Assembly: GCA_963822585.1 (NCBI GenBank)
Contig: CAWGIE010000033.1
Span: 96,001-160,000 of the forward strand
Direction of reading: 5' to 3'
DNA: 64,000 nucleotides
Source: an uncultured bacterium
GTDB taxonomy: Bacteria > Auribacterota > Erginobacteria > Erginobacterales > Erginobacteraceae
Of this stretch, positions 25,111-35,616 are shown in pieces. Made by a program: the position numbers and the translations under genes. The stretch's first letter is position 1. Each line of letters starts with the position of its first letter. The notes under the pieces were generated by a model that had not been told where the DNA came from, searched no databases, and was given only the letters and a program-made list of their open reading frames with translations.

Positions 25111-25838
25111 TGCATCAGCTCCTTCCCCAGGCGGTATCTGACTATGTTGCGGATAAATTCAATAATCGCGGCGATATTGATATGGGAGAACCCTTTCCCC
25201 CTTTTCCGGAAGACAACCGGGATCTCCTTCACGGTCAGCTTCAAAATGCCGGCCTTGACCAGCAGTTCGGCGTCCACGAACCAGTCCCGGGAGGTAAGAT
25301 CGAAGATATCCAGCCATTCCCTTTTAAAGATTCGCGGCTTGGCGTTGATATCATAGAATGGCAGATTGAACAAGATGCAGAACATCATCACGTAGCTGTT
25401 GGATATCCAGCGCCGGGAGAAACCGTCCAGCCGCAGCGCGCGGCGGACCTTGATCAGGTCAAACCCGGAGTCCGCCCACCGCAGAACCCGCACCAGACCC
25501 GTCGGTCCGACCTGGCCGTCCCCGTCCATGTAGCCGATCCATTCCCCTTCAGCTTCCCGAAGACCGCTGATGACCCCCCAGCCGTACCCGAGGTTTTTCT
25601 TCACGGTCACCTCTTTCAGGCGCGGGTCCTCTTTCGCCAGCTGCCCGATCAGCCCCGAGGTCCGATCGGAGGAGCCGTTATTGACCAGTACCAGCTGAAA
25701 GTTGAAGCCGGCGGCGTCCAGCGCATCACGCAATCCTCCGACCACCGGTGCGATATTCTCCTCCTCATTATAGAAAATGAGAGCTAGTGAAAAATCATAC
25801 TGCCTTTTATTCTTTCGATTAAGTTCTCCTGAATTCAT
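25083..25838 (-). CDS. Glycosyltransferase family 2 (polyprenol-phosphate glycosyltransferase-like)
   Basis: FYNEEENI, VNNGSSD, NLGYG, YMDGDGQ, WFVDAELL. Confidence 0.85.
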   Translation of the reverse strand: MNSGELNRKNKRQYDFSLALIFYNEEENIAPVVGGLRDALDAAGFNFQLVLVNNGSSDRTSGLIGQLAKEDPRLKEVTVKKNLGYGWGVISGLREAEGEWIGYMDGDGQVGPTGLVRVLRWADSGFDLIKVRRALRLDGFSRRWISNSYVMMFCILFNLPFYDINAKPRIFKREWLDIFDLTSRDWFVDAELLVKAGILKLTVKEIPVVFRKRGKGFSHINIAAIIEFIRNIVRYRLGKELMQWKKKIRSK

Positions 25839-25839
25839 A

Positions 25840-27900
25840 TTGGTTGTGGGATTGGTGTTGTTGTGTGTTTAATGTTGTAGTTATAAATAGTAGGGGATGA
25901 GAGATAAGAGGTGGAAGGGTGTAGGAAGGAAAAGAAAGATAGATAAGAAGAAGAAGGTTGAAGATGAAGAATAAATGAAGCAGGATCATGTAAACTTATT
26001 AGAGCAGAACAGAGCAGGGGTATGAAGAAAAAAAAAAAGAAGAAAAGAAAGAAGAAGGAGAGAGAGGAAGGAGAAGAAAAGTAGAAGAAAGGAAGAGAAA
26101 AAGAGAAGAGGAAATAAGCGGAGGTAATAGAGAGAATAAAGGGAGGAAGGTGTGATGGAGAGAAAGAAGGAGAAAAAAAAGAGAGAAAAAGATAAAAAAG
26201 AAAAAAGAAGAAAAAGAAGAAGAAAAAGGAGAAAGAGAAAGAAGAGAAAGAAAAAAGAGTAAAAAAAAAAAGAAGAAAAAAGAAAAGAAAAAAAGAAAAA
26301 AAAAAAAAAAAAGAAAGAAAAGACGAAAAAGAAAAAAGAATCAAAAGAATTAAATGGTCGCTTATAGTACCCGAACCTACCGGCGGGAGTAAAGACACAA
26401 TGTCGTATTCGCCGGGTGGAGTATGATATGATAACAAACAGCCCAGGCGATTAGACCAAAAAATAGGGGGGAGAGAAGAATAAAGAGTAGTTTATTTATA
26501 AAAGAGTAGGTGATAAAATGTGATATAAAAAATAAAAAAAAAAAGAAAATAAGTGTAGAAAGAAATGAAGTAAAGAATAAAGAAAAAGAGAATAATATAA
26601 AAAAATTAAGATATGTATATGATATAAATATTTATAGATAGAAATAAAAAAATGAAAAAAAAAAAATGATAGAGATAAGAGTTGTAACAGATGGAATTGA
26701 GAGGATGGCGAAAATTATTAAGGTAGGAGGTATAGGAGGGAAAGAATATTAAAGAGGAAAATTATATGATTAAAAGGTAAGATCTGAGAATGCGAGGTAT
26801 TAAAAAGATAGCTTCTTAAACTTTAGGGGATGTATAGATAAGGATGATGACGGGGGTTCGGTGATTGAGAAGCCGCCGGTTGGATTAAAATGATATGAGG
26901 AAAAACAGGATACAGCCGTCTAAAGGAAAGGTTAAAAGGAAAGGCATAGAGAGAAGAAGGTGACAGTTCCCGAGAAGGGCTAAAGATAAGAGAAGATACC
27001 ATCTGCACTATGAAGACCAGGTCTTAGTAAAATTCGAGGGGGGAGAGTAATAATAAGGTGTAAAGAGGATGTATTATTTTTGAAAGGTAGAGGGATTAAG
27101 ATAGAAAGAAGAGATAGATAAAAGGGAAGTATAATAAAAGAAAGAAGAGTTAGATTATATATTAAAAGGGGTGATGAGAGGGAGAAAGATTAAGTAAATG
27201 AAAAAGGAAGACTTTTGATCAGGAGAAAAAAAATTACTAAATCTCTGGCTATGATACCCCAGGGGATCTTGTTGATACTTTTGCGCATAAAATAATCGTA
27301 GTAGATGGCAGCGAACAGAAAAAAAAGGAAAGGTGAAGGAGATAGGTTAATAAAGAGAGAGTATAGATAGGTATTGATAGGAAAGGTTGGATAGTTAGAT
27401 CGTGAAAGGGAACGTATATACTGACAACGTGACAGATCATATTCTCCTGTTCCGTTATGACCACCGTGGCGTACTCCACGAGGGAATAATGGTTTTATAC
27501 AACGGGGAGGGAAATTCAGATGCACTGAGGGGAAGGGGGATGAAAAACAGGAACGGAATCAACGAATTTTTAAAATGACGATAAAACATTTACTTCGCTT
27601 TCTCATAACAGTAAGAGAACAGAGTGACGATGATAAGGCGGGAAGCTGGGATAAACCCCGCCGCGCTTATTTCACCCAGCCGGTTATAATCGCTGAAAGA
27701 TGTCATTTCTTATTACTATAATCCGCTTAATCAAAAGAAATATATTACATAGATGATAGTAAGGGTGTATTAATTGGTTTGAGTAATAATAGTGACTTTC
27801 TATATAGGTAGACACTATTCGCACAGTTCTTATAGAGTACAGAGATAGGTATTCTGAGAGGAAAGGTAAGTTAAGAATTTTTACAGACGAAGTAATTTTA
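25840..27900. other. Degraded purine-rich sequence, probable low-quality consensus over coding DNA
   Basis: A/G-only runs interrupted by short normal-looking islands; quality recovers gradually into the gene ending at 28664. Confidence 0.75.
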
Positions 27901-28664
27901 GGGTTTGCCGATTTAGGGAAACCTGGTTGAAAAAACAAATACGGCGGATTCGAATAATCCGCGGTAATTTTTCCCCAGCCGGTTTGGTCTTGGGAAATGA
28001 ATTCCAGGACCGTAAGCCCGGGGTGGCAGGGGTACATATTCTTCCCTGGGCCGGGTTTGATGCTGTTCTCAGGGTCAGAGGGAGACAATCCTGAATGGAT
28101 CCATACAGAAATCCCAATTTATCCAAGGCCGAAAAGGTATCGGAGGTCCGGAAAAACCGGGTGAACGATAGAAGGGGAGTAAAGCCGGAAGAGCCGAGAA
28201 TCTCCCTGCCTTTGCCGATTCTCGCCAGCTGGCCGGCTGGGGATACGGACGACAACTCTGCGCCGTTTTCCGGGGACGCGGAAAGCCGTATTGAGCTATT
28301 TCCTGTCCGCTCTTTTTCAGCTTGTGCAGGAGGATAATCCGCGGGTTCTTGACGCGAGTTCACTTCCTCGTAATAAAAAGGGGTGACAAAAAAAGTGCCT
28401 CTAACTCCCATCTTGCCGATCAGCAGACCAGGCTGACTATTGATTCGACCGGCGTATCATCTCGGAGCCCCTCGTTGGTAAAGACCGCGGCGATTGAAAA
28501 GTCTCCGGGTAAAGGTTAAGCGAAACCTCCTCATTCTCCCGGAAAGTAACCGGGGCATCCTCCAGGTACTCCCTCCAGACAGGATAGGTGTTATAGACCA
28601 CCCAGGCGCAGAGCAATGCCGTTAACGCGATCAGGAGCGGGAGAATTATGCGAGCCGGTTTCAT
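27684..28664 (-). CDS. Polysaccharide deacetylase/DUF2334-like protein, paralog of 45567-46706 (broken; 3' end uncertain)
   Basis: YNTY..WREYL..APVTF.EN..V.LNLYP, GVRGTFFVTP, GREIL, ALDKLGFLYGS and MYP.HP match the intact paralog. Confidence 0.65.
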
Positions 28665-28693
28665 AAGGAATGTCCAAAAGAACGAATTGTTTT

Positions 28694-28803
28694 AGAACTT
28701 AGCCCTCGCGCAGTCTACGCCGATTCAACGGGGCTCGGGCGACTAAATAAAACTACGAATTACGCAAAACTTGTCCTGAGCGTAGCGAAGGATTACACGA
28801 ATT
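28694..28803. repeat. Composite REP-like/9-mer repeat
   Basis: GCCCTCGCG..GCTCGGGC hairpin shared with ~12256; CTTGTCCTGAGCGTAGCGAAGG sits inside ACTACGAATTACGCAAA..ATTACACGAAT. Confidence 0.75.
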
Positions 28804-28877
28804 TCTAAAATATCCCTGCACTGTCGGTTCAATGCGTGCACATTCTTATTTTTTCAAAAAAATAAGATTATTGAAAT

Positions 28878-31454
28878 TCAAGGGAACCAGGCGGGGAGGT
28901 CGGGATAGACCGTCACCCGGTCGACCCAGAGCGGCGTCTCCCCGGTGGCGCTGACCCGGAACTCCAGCCGGTTCCCCAGACAATCGTTGGCGAAAGGAAG
29001 TGCGAACTCGACGAAACCGGAGCCTTCGGGGAAATCATCCCCGGTCAGTTCACGGACGGCCAGCGCCTTCTTCCCCAGGCCGGAGACCACCTCGATCCGG
29101 GCCCGGTTTTTCCCGCTCCCTCCCTCCCCGGCCCGGAGACGGAAGGACGCCACCCACGGCTGCGGAGGGAGGTTGACGTAGGGCCCCCAGACAAAGCATC
29201 CCGGCTCATCTCCTGGGGGACGATACGTCACCAGACGGCGGTCTGAAGAATCGCCGGCGGCCTCGTCCCGTCCCTCCGGAAAGGACAGTTCCCCGCCTTC
29301 GAAGACTCGGGTGTATTTTTCCCTCCACCATCCGGCATCTTCCCCGAAAACGTCCCGGAAGGCTTGATCGAAATGACCGGGTTCAAAATGAAATTCGCCT
29401 TTTTTCTCCCCGACCGGAGACCCCGTGTAACGTGCCAGGAGTCGGGCATCGATGATCGGTTTGATCAAGAACGCCTCCCCGTCATCCCCCGCCCGGGCCC
29501 GGATCCGGTAGAGGTAATCGAAAAAGGGGAAGCCTTCGCGGGGCTCAAAGAGCAGCAACTTCGGCTTCAGGTCGTCGGAGCGGATTTTTCTCTCCTCCCC
29601 GCCGACCGTTACTCTGAGGGTTGATCCCGGTATAGCCGGAAAAACAAGCAGGCCGATCCGGTCCAGCTTCGCCGGGGCCATTATCAGCCTTTCCACCGCC
29701 GACCTTCCCTCCACCCGGAAGCCGGTCTTCCCTAGGTACGTGAGGTCGTCTTCCAGGGTCATGATTACCGGAGAGGTATCGGAGTAATCGAAGTCGAGAT
29801 CCCGCAGCGGGATAGCCTGTTCTTCCCCCGCTGACTTCTCTTTCTTCAGGTAATAGATCTTGATGACGGGGTCAATGAAGCCGGTGTTCTCGAACCGGAA
29901 TGTCTTCACCGGGAACCGCCGGTCCAGTTCCCGGTAGTATTCCTGAGCGCTCTGATCGAAGTAAATATCATTGGGATCAAAAAATCTTTCATGCGCCGTG
30001 CTGCTGGAGACCAGGTAATCCACTCCTTTCGCCAGCAGCGAATCCAGGGGGAGCAGACAAAGATATTCCGGTTTTCCGATCACGTCGTAGGTGATATCGG
30101 AGATATGGGGAGAATACCGTTCCCGGACGATCCGGCTCCCCGGGGGTACGTTTTCCCAGATCCAGTCCCCGCTCAAGAGCCGGGTATCCCGCTGCCAGCA
30201 GCAATAGGCCACCCGGACATCGCTGACCACCGCCGGGAGTGCGATGGCCGCGGCCAGGACCCAGATGAGAATGACCTGGAGACCCGCGGGCAGCCGGATC
30301 TTCCTAATCAGGGTCACGATGAAGCAGGCGGCGATCAGGGGAATGAAGACCGTTCCGGGAAGAAAATCTTTGTGTCTGACGTTCGCCCTGAAGACGATGA
30401 CGGCCAACAGATAGACCAGCGGGAAGAAGACCAGGAAGAGTTCGTTGATCTTCCGGGTTTTGAAAGCCTTGATCGCTCCCAGAAGTCCCGTGGCCAGGAT
30501 CAAGACCCCGGTTCCGATTTTCAGGCTGGACGTATCGGCAAAGAACTGACGGAGATTAAGCCAGCGGTGGTACAGAAAAGAATGGGTCACGGTCGCGCGC
30601 TTATCCGTGATTAACTGATCCCGCCAGAAACGCGGTATCGCCCCCCGCCAGGCGGTCCAGTCCAGCCAGATGACGGGATAGGATATCCCCACCCCGAACA
30701 GGAAAAAGAGAAAAACACCCACAAGCCGCCCGTGGCGGACTGACCCCTCCCGGCCGTTCCGGCAGGCCCAGGTCCTTCCCAGGTGGGCCCCCAGCGGGGC
30801 GATCAGGGCCAGGGCGCCGTTGTGCTTCGCGCCCACCGAGAGACCGGCCGCCAGGCCGGCCAGGAGATACCATTTGAGGTCCCCTCGGGTGATAATATAA
30901 CTCGAGAAGAGAACGGCCAGGGCCACGAAAAAGGTGACGGTGATGTCGCTCTGGAGATACCGGGAATGGTTGACGATCTGGGGCATGAAAGCGGTCAGGA
31001 AGGCCCCGACCAGGGCGGCCTCTCTTCCCAGCAGATTGCGCCCCAAGCGGTAGATCAGGTAGACCAGCCCGGTCGAGAGCAGGATCTGGAGCAGCCGGTA
31101 GATCACGATCTGTTCGTTGAAAGATATCCAGCCGGTGAAAGAAAACGGCTGGGTCATGGTCAGAAAAGAGAGAGCCGCCCAAACATACTTGAAGCCGGCA
31201 TAGACCCAGCAGGCCGCGCCCATCAGGTACTGGGCGAAGAAGGGGTAGCAGATATTATGCCAGTACTCGGTAACCCCGGCCGGGCTTACCAAGCCCTCGT
31301 AAAAACGCTGGGCCCAGCGCTGGTAGAGACGCGCGGAGTCGTTATTGAAGAGCATCTCTTCCTGCTCGAAGAGGATACCCCACAACCGGAGCAGGAAGGC
31401 GGCCGACAGGATGAAGAAAAGGGTTATCTTCGTTCGGGTGAAGTCAGCCTTCAC
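28878..31454 (-). CDS. GT39/PMT-like glycosyltransferase with large C-terminal extracytoplasmic domains
   Basis: AFLLRLWG, HSRYLQSD, GLSVGAKHNG, DTR...GDWI..NVPPGSRI; probable GTG start at 31454 because the upstream ORF extension is MITE sequence. Confidence 0.8.
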   Translation of the reverse strand: MKADFTRTKITLFFILSAAFLLRLWGILFEQEEMLFNNDSARLYQRWAQRFYEGLVSPAGVTEYWHNICYPFFAQYLMGAACWVYAGFKYVWAALSFLTMTQPFSFTGWISFNEQIVIYRLLQILLSTGLVYLIYRLGRNLLGREAALVGAFLTAFMPQIVNHSRYLQSDITVTFFVALAVLFSSYIITRGDLKWYLLAGLAAGLSVGAKHNGALALIAPLGAHLGRTWACRNGREGSVRHGRLVGVFLFFLFGVGISYPVIWLDWTAWRGAIPRFWRDQLITDKRATVTHSFLYHRWLNLRQFFADTSSLKIGTGVLILATGLLGAIKAFKTRKINELFLVFFPLVYLLAVIVFRANVRHKDFLPGTVFIPLIAACFIVTLIRKIRLPAGLQVILIWVLAAAIALPAVVSDVRVAYCCWQRDTRLLSGDWIWENVPPGSRIVRERYSPHISDITYDVIGKPEYLCLLPLDSLLAKGVDYLVSSSTAHERFFDPNDIYFDQSAQEYYRELDRRFPVKTFRFENTGFIDPVIKIYYLKKEKSAGEEQAIPLRDLDFDYSDTSPVIMTLEDDLTYLGKTGFRVEGRSAVERLIMAPAKLDRIGLLVFPAIPGSTLRVTVGGEERKIRSDDLKPKLLLFEPREGFPFFDYLYRIRARAGDDGEAFLIKPIIDARLLARYTGSPVGEKKGEFHFEPGHFDQAFRDVFGEDAGWWREKYTRVFEGGELSFPEGRDEAAGDSSDRRLVTYRPPGDEPGCFVWGPYVNLPPQPWVASFRLRAGEGGSGKNRARIEVVSGLGKKALAVRELTGDDFPEGSGFVEFALPFANDCLGNRLEFRVSATGETPLWVDRVTVYPDLPAWFP

Positions 31455-31465
31455 TGCACATACCC

Positions 31466-31749
31466 AGGAGCCTGTCCGAGTAATGGCTCTCGACGCGTTT
31501 GGAGCGCCGGGCGGCCGGATGCAAGGCGCGGCGACGCAGGCGATGCTGAATGCATCGTTCCCGGCAAGCCGGGAGAACGCAGCAGACGGCTGCCCGCCGC
31601 CGAAACCCTTCGGGCAGCCGCCACGTGCGGCGCGACTCTGCGTTGCCGCGGCCTCGTAGTACCGTAGAGGGTACAACTTCGGCCTCGCGCCTTGATTCGC
31701 TTGCAAGTAACAGGCTGCGCGTCAGAGATCATTACTCGGACAGGCTCCT
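31466..31749. mobile_element. MITE-like non-autonomous element (~284 bp)
   Basis: Perfect 20-bp terminal inverted repeats AGGAGCCTGTCCGAGTAATG / CATTACTCGGACAGGCTCCT; internal CAAGGCGCG...CGCGCCTTG; no transposase. Confidence 0.8.
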
Positions 31750-31777
31750 AGATTGAAATTTTCCCGGAGGGAAAATT

Positions 31778-33145
31778 TTACAAGAAGATGCCGGCGATCG
31801 TCCCCGTCATGAAAGCGGCCAGGGTGCCCCCGATCATGGCCTTGAAACCGATACGGGCCAGGTCGTGGCGTCGCCCGGGCGCGATCCCGCCCAACCCCCC
31901 GATCTGGATGGCGATGGAACTGAAATTGGCAAAACCGCAGAGAGCGTAGGTGGCAATAACAATACTCCGGGGATGAAGCTTGACGCCTTCGGCGAGCAGA
32001 TTGGCCAGGTGGGCGTAAGCCACGAACTCGTTGATCGCCGTCTTTTCGCCCAGCAGACCGCCGATGACCATGCAGTCTTTCCAGGGGACGCCCATCACCC
32101 AGGCTAGGGGGGAGAAAATCCAGCCCAGAAGATTCGAGAGACTTAACCCGGTGGTTATCCCGAACATCCAGTCCAGAAGGTATCCCAGCCATTCGACCCC
32201 GAAGTTGACCAGGCTGATCAGGGCGACAAACGCCAGCAGCATCGCCCCCACATTAAGAGCCAGAGTAAGCCCGGTCCCGGCCCCGCTGGCAGCCGCGTCG
32301 ATAATGTTGACATTGGTCTTGGGAAGTTTGATCTTAACCCCTCCCATCGTCTTGGGATCCCCCGTTTCGGGATACATGAGTTTCGCCATCACGATTCCGG
32401 CCGGCGCCGACATGATACTGGCCGAGATCAGGTGCCCGGCGATATCCGGGAAATAGTCCTTCAGCATCCCCACGTAAGCGGCCATCACCCCTCCCGCGAC
32501 CGTGGCAAATCCCCCCACCATCACCACCATCAGCTCCGAGATGGTCATATCATTGATATAGGGTCTGACCACCAGGGGCGCCTCGGTCTGTCCTACGAAG
32601 ATATTGGCTGAAGCCGAGAGCGTCTCCGCTCCGCTGGTCTTCAAAAATTTTTCCATGATTTTGGAGAAGAAAGCCACTACCCGCTCCATGATCCCCAGGT
32701 AATAGAGGACCGCCATCAGGGAAGAGAAGAAGATGATAGTCGGGAGAACATTGAAAGCAAAATAAGCCCCGGTGGCCGCTACCATGCCGGGAACTTCCTT
32801 GAGGGCCCCGAATCCTTCCGGTCCGGACGGCATCAGAACCGGCACCGAATTTTGGACCAGGTTCCCGAAGAGAAATCTGGCACCAACCTCTGAGAAACTC
32901 AATAACTTCATAACCGCGGCGTTCATCGCCGAGAAGAAGACCTCTCCCGGGGCCGACTCGATACTGAATACCTTCTTAATCAACAGATTGAACGGACTGC
33001 TCGGCAGGATGATCAAGGCGAAGAAGACCTGAAGCGCGATCCCCAGGATCAGAATCCGGAAGCTGATCTTCTTCTTGTTGTTGGACATCAAAAAGGCGAT
33101 CCCCACCAGCACCAGCATCCCGAAAAAGCTGATTAAGCGATACAT
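31778..33145 (-). CDS. nupC: Concentrative nucleoside transporter (CNT/NupC family)
   Basis: VLPTIIFFSSL, ANIFVGQTEAP, GFATVAGG, NEFVAY, LCGFANFSSIAIQIGG. Confidence 0.95.
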   Translation of the reverse strand: MYRLISFFGMLVLVGIAFLMSNNKKKISFRILILGIALQVFFALIILPSSPFNLLIKKVFSIESAPGEVFFSAMNAAVMKLLSFSEVGARFLFGNLVQNSVPVLMPSGPEGFGALKEVPGMVAATGAYFAFNVLPTIIFFSSLMAVLYYLGIMERVVAFFSKIMEKFLKTSGAETLSASANIFVGQTEAPLVVRPYINDMTISELMVVMVGGFATVAGGVMAAYVGMLKDYFPDIAGHLISASIMSAPAGIVMAKLMYPETGDPKTMGGVKIKLPKTNVNIIDAAASGAGTGLTLALNVGAMLLAFVALISLVNFGVEWLGYLLDWMFGITTGLSLSNLLGWIFSPLAWVMGVPWKDCMVIGGLLGEKTAINEFVAYAHLANLLAEGVKLHPRSIVIATYALCGFANFSSIAIQIGGLGGIAPGRRHDLARIGFKAMIGGTLAAFMTGTIAGIFL

Positions 33146-33215
33146 GGATGAACTCCTCTGCTGTTAAAAACTGCCGATAGATTGATGTCGTGGCAACACA
33201 CAAGTCTTATCTTCA

Positions 33216-33331
33216 TGGAGTATTGGAGTACTGGAATAGTGGAGTGTTGGAGTGTTTGAGTACCTGAGTATTGGAATCCGGGAATGTCAGAGAATCCCCA
33301 TTACTCCATCACTCCACCATTCCATTACTCC
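33216..33331. repeat. Inverted 8-mer micro-repeat element
   Basis: TGGAGTATTGGAGTACTGGAATAGTGGAGTGTTGGAGTG ... CCATTACTCCATCACTCCACCATTCCATTACTCC. Confidence 0.9.
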
Positions 33332-33401
33332 CTTCTTCCCGATATATCGGTTGAGTATAGAGACATCAGTGACGGCGTGCTCAAAATATACAACCATCCA
33401 T

Positions 33402-34172
33402 TCACGCGTGCTTGCAAATCCCCCGCCGGGATTTGCGGATGAATTCCAGGATCACTTTCGCATCGGGGCCCAGGTCTTCCTTCTCGATCGCTTCTACCGC
33501 CTGATTAACATTGAGCCCGGAATGATAAAGAAGCTTGTAAACGCGTTTGACCTTCTGGCGGTCCTCCGGGGCAAATCCGGCCCGGCGCAGACCGACCGTA
33601 TTCAATCCGGTAACAAGAGATCTTTCCACGACCATCATGTATGGGGGGACGTCCTTTGAAATCCGGCTTCCCCCGCTGACCATGGTCAGGGCGCCGACAT
33701 GGCAAAACTGGTGAACGACGGCATTGCCGGAGACAAAGGCCTTGTCGTCGACATGAACGTGCCCGGCCAGAAGGGCCCCATTGGCAAGAATAACCTCGTT
33801 GCCCAGAACACAGTCATGCCCGACGTGAGAATAGCCCATGAGAAAATTCCCATCGCCGATCACGGTGACGCCCCCTTCCTGGGAACCGCGGTGGATGGAG
33901 CAGCCCTCCCGGAAGACGTTTCCCCGGCCGATCCGGAGAAAGGACTTCTCCTCTTTATAGGATAAATCCTGGGGGGCGTGGCCCAAGACGGCGAAGGGAT
34001 GGATCTCGTTGTCGGGGCCGATGGTGGTATTGGAAGTGATGTAGGCATGAGGGAATACCCGGGTCCCGGCGGCGATCTTCACTTTCCCTTCGATGATCGC
34101 GTAAGGACCGATCTCCGCGCCGGGGTCGATCTCGGCGGCGGGATCGATAATTGCTGTCTGATGGATTGACAT
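33402..34172 (-). CDS. lpxA: Acyl-ACP:UDP-N-acetylglucosamine O-acyltransferase
   Basis: MSIHQTAIIDP, hexapeptide repeats, PQDL, IHRG, HVGHDC, LAGHV, VHQF, KDVPPY, GLN.VGLRRAG; start reset to ATG 34172 (256 aa). Confidence 0.93.
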   Translation of the reverse strand: MSIHQTAIIDPAAEIDPGAEIGPYAIIEGKVKIAAGTRVFPHAYITSNTTIGPDNEIHPFAVLGHAPQDLSYKEEKSFLRIGRGNVFREGCSIHRGSQEGGVTVIGDGNFLMGYSHVGHDCVLGNEVILANGALLAGHVHVDDKAFVSGNAVVHQFCHVGALTMVSGGSRISKDVPPYMMVVERSLVTGLNTVGLRRAGFAPEDRQKVKRVYKLLYHSGLNVNQAVEAIEKEDLGPDAKVILEFIRKSRRGICKHA

Positions 34173-34219
34173 GGCGATCTGAGCCCTCTTCAGCTCGGGT
34201 TGGTGACAACTTTTCCTGT

Positions 34220-34265
34220 TTCGGGATTTTAATAATCGGATTTTTCCGATTATTAAAATCCCGAA
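34220..34265. repeat. Perfect 21-bp-arm inverted repeat, twin of 37895-37948
   Basis: TTCGGGATTTTAATAATCGGA-TTTT-TCCGATTATTAAAATCCCGAA. Confidence 0.9.
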
Positions 34266-34370
34266 TAATTCTATCAGAAACGTCGGAATCACAAATAAAA
34301 AAATCCCGAGGAAGCTCGGGATTCGACCATCTCGTTTCATCACTTACCGCCCCGGGGAGGAGCGATGAAA

Positions 34371-35402
34371 TCAAATGGGGTATCGGCCGTCCGCCGTTTT
34401 GGAGATGTTGAAACTGATGTCGACCGCTATCGCCTGATATCGCTTCCCCCGGTGATTGGTGATTTCGAGCAGACGGCCGCGGGCACGAAGCCGGTCTTTC
34501 TTCCAGTACTCTCCGCGGGCCGATCCGTCATAACAGATGAGCTGAACGTTTTCCCGCGCCTTCCCTTCCAGGACGACCTCCCCCAGCTCCAGGACGAAGG
34601 GAACGTATGAATTATGGGAATCGTCGACAACCGTCCCGGTCACCGTCACGTCCGGCTCGACCACGGTGATATCCGCCCCGGCCAGGGGCACATCGTCCCA
34701 GTTCTCGTACACAAAGAAGGGACAGAGCAGAAACCCCTGGTGATAGATCCGGAGCGGCCAGTATCGCCCGAACTCGAAGACCCGCCTCTCCGGCTCCTGC
34801 GATAACCGGTGGAGACGGTCCCGCACCCGGAGATTCTCCGAAAGGCTTCCCATGAAGATAACGTCGAAATCCATGTCCGCTTCTTCAATCCTCCCATAGG
34901 CCAGGGAACCGGTCACACCCAGCTTGGAGAGGGGAAACTCCAGCAGTTCCGCGCTCTGCTCGGCCCAGCCGCTGACCAGGTCCGGATACATCTCTTCGCA
35001 GAGCTTCAGGCTCCGGAAAGGGTCGAAGTAGCCCCGGAAATCGGAGAGGGGGAATTCGAGAAGATAATCGGCGACTTGCGGCCGGGGTCGGGAAGGATCC
35101 AGAGAAGGATCGACCTCATACTGCTTGATGAGCTGGGCGTCATTGAGGATGGCCACGTGCTTTCCGTCAACCCAGGCCTTGTGCATGGCCTGGTAGCGGC
35201 GCCCCCAGATTTCGGAATCGCCGGTTTCACACGGGTAGTAAATAATCTTGCCGATGAACTCCCCCGGGGTGGGATGGTAATAGCCGTGTGAAAAGACGAA
35301 GCAGCCGTCCCGGCGTAAAAAATAAATGGAGTCCTTCACCCGGTCCCCGAGCTCCGACAGCGGGCGGAGGAACTTCTCCATGATCTGATCGAATTTGTCC
35401 AT
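34371..35402 (-). CDS. Pol-beta-superfamily nucleotidyltransferase, COG1665-like (paralog C)
   Basis: LGVTGSLAYG...DMDFDVIF; N-terminal D..YFLR.DG.F.F..GY.HP; C-terminal V.DD..P / YDG..RG. Confidence 0.75.
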   Translation of the reverse strand: MDKFDQIMEKFLRPLSELGDRVKDSIYFLRRDGCFVFSHGYYHPTPGEFIGKIIYYPCETGDSEIWGRRYQAMHKAWVDGKHVAILNDAQLIKQYEVDPSLDPSRPRPQVADYLLEFPLSDFRGYFDPFRSLKLCEEMYPDLVSGWAEQSAELLEFPLSKLGVTGSLAYGRIEEADMDFDVIFMGSLSENLRVRDRLHRLSQEPERRVFEFGRYWPLRIYHQGFLLCPFFVYENWDDVPLAGADITVVEPDVTVTGTVVDDSHNSYVPFVLELGEVVLEGKARENVQLICYDGSARGEYWKKDRLRARGRLLEITNHRGKRYQAIAVDISFNISKTADGRYPI

Positions 35403-35429
35403 AAATCAGCTCGCTGCGGCTGCGACTTT

Positions 35430-35585
35430 AACCGCCAAGACACTAAGACATTAAGTGAAAAATAAAATAAGGTTAAGTCATTCGGTCTTTTCTTAATAGG
35501 CAATCCCAACACCCCGGCCGAAAAAGTTTGGAATTTTGATATTCGGATTTATTTAGGATTTCGACATTCGGACTTAGGATTTTTC
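35430..35585. repeat. Chimeric spacer: left arm of 9-mer class + right arm of 7-mer class
   Basis: ACCGCCAAGACACTAAGACATTAAG ... ATTCGGATTTATTTAGGATTTCGACATTCGGACTTAGGATTT. Confidence 0.7.
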
Positions 35586-35616
35586 CTTTTCAACTATAAT
35601 ATCCCTACTGTATGGA

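Noticed and set aside
25840..27900. Purine-rich low-complexity region and Phe/Ser-rich ORFs
   Set aside because: Gradual decay out of a recognisable gene is typical of consensus failure; no gene call can be supported.
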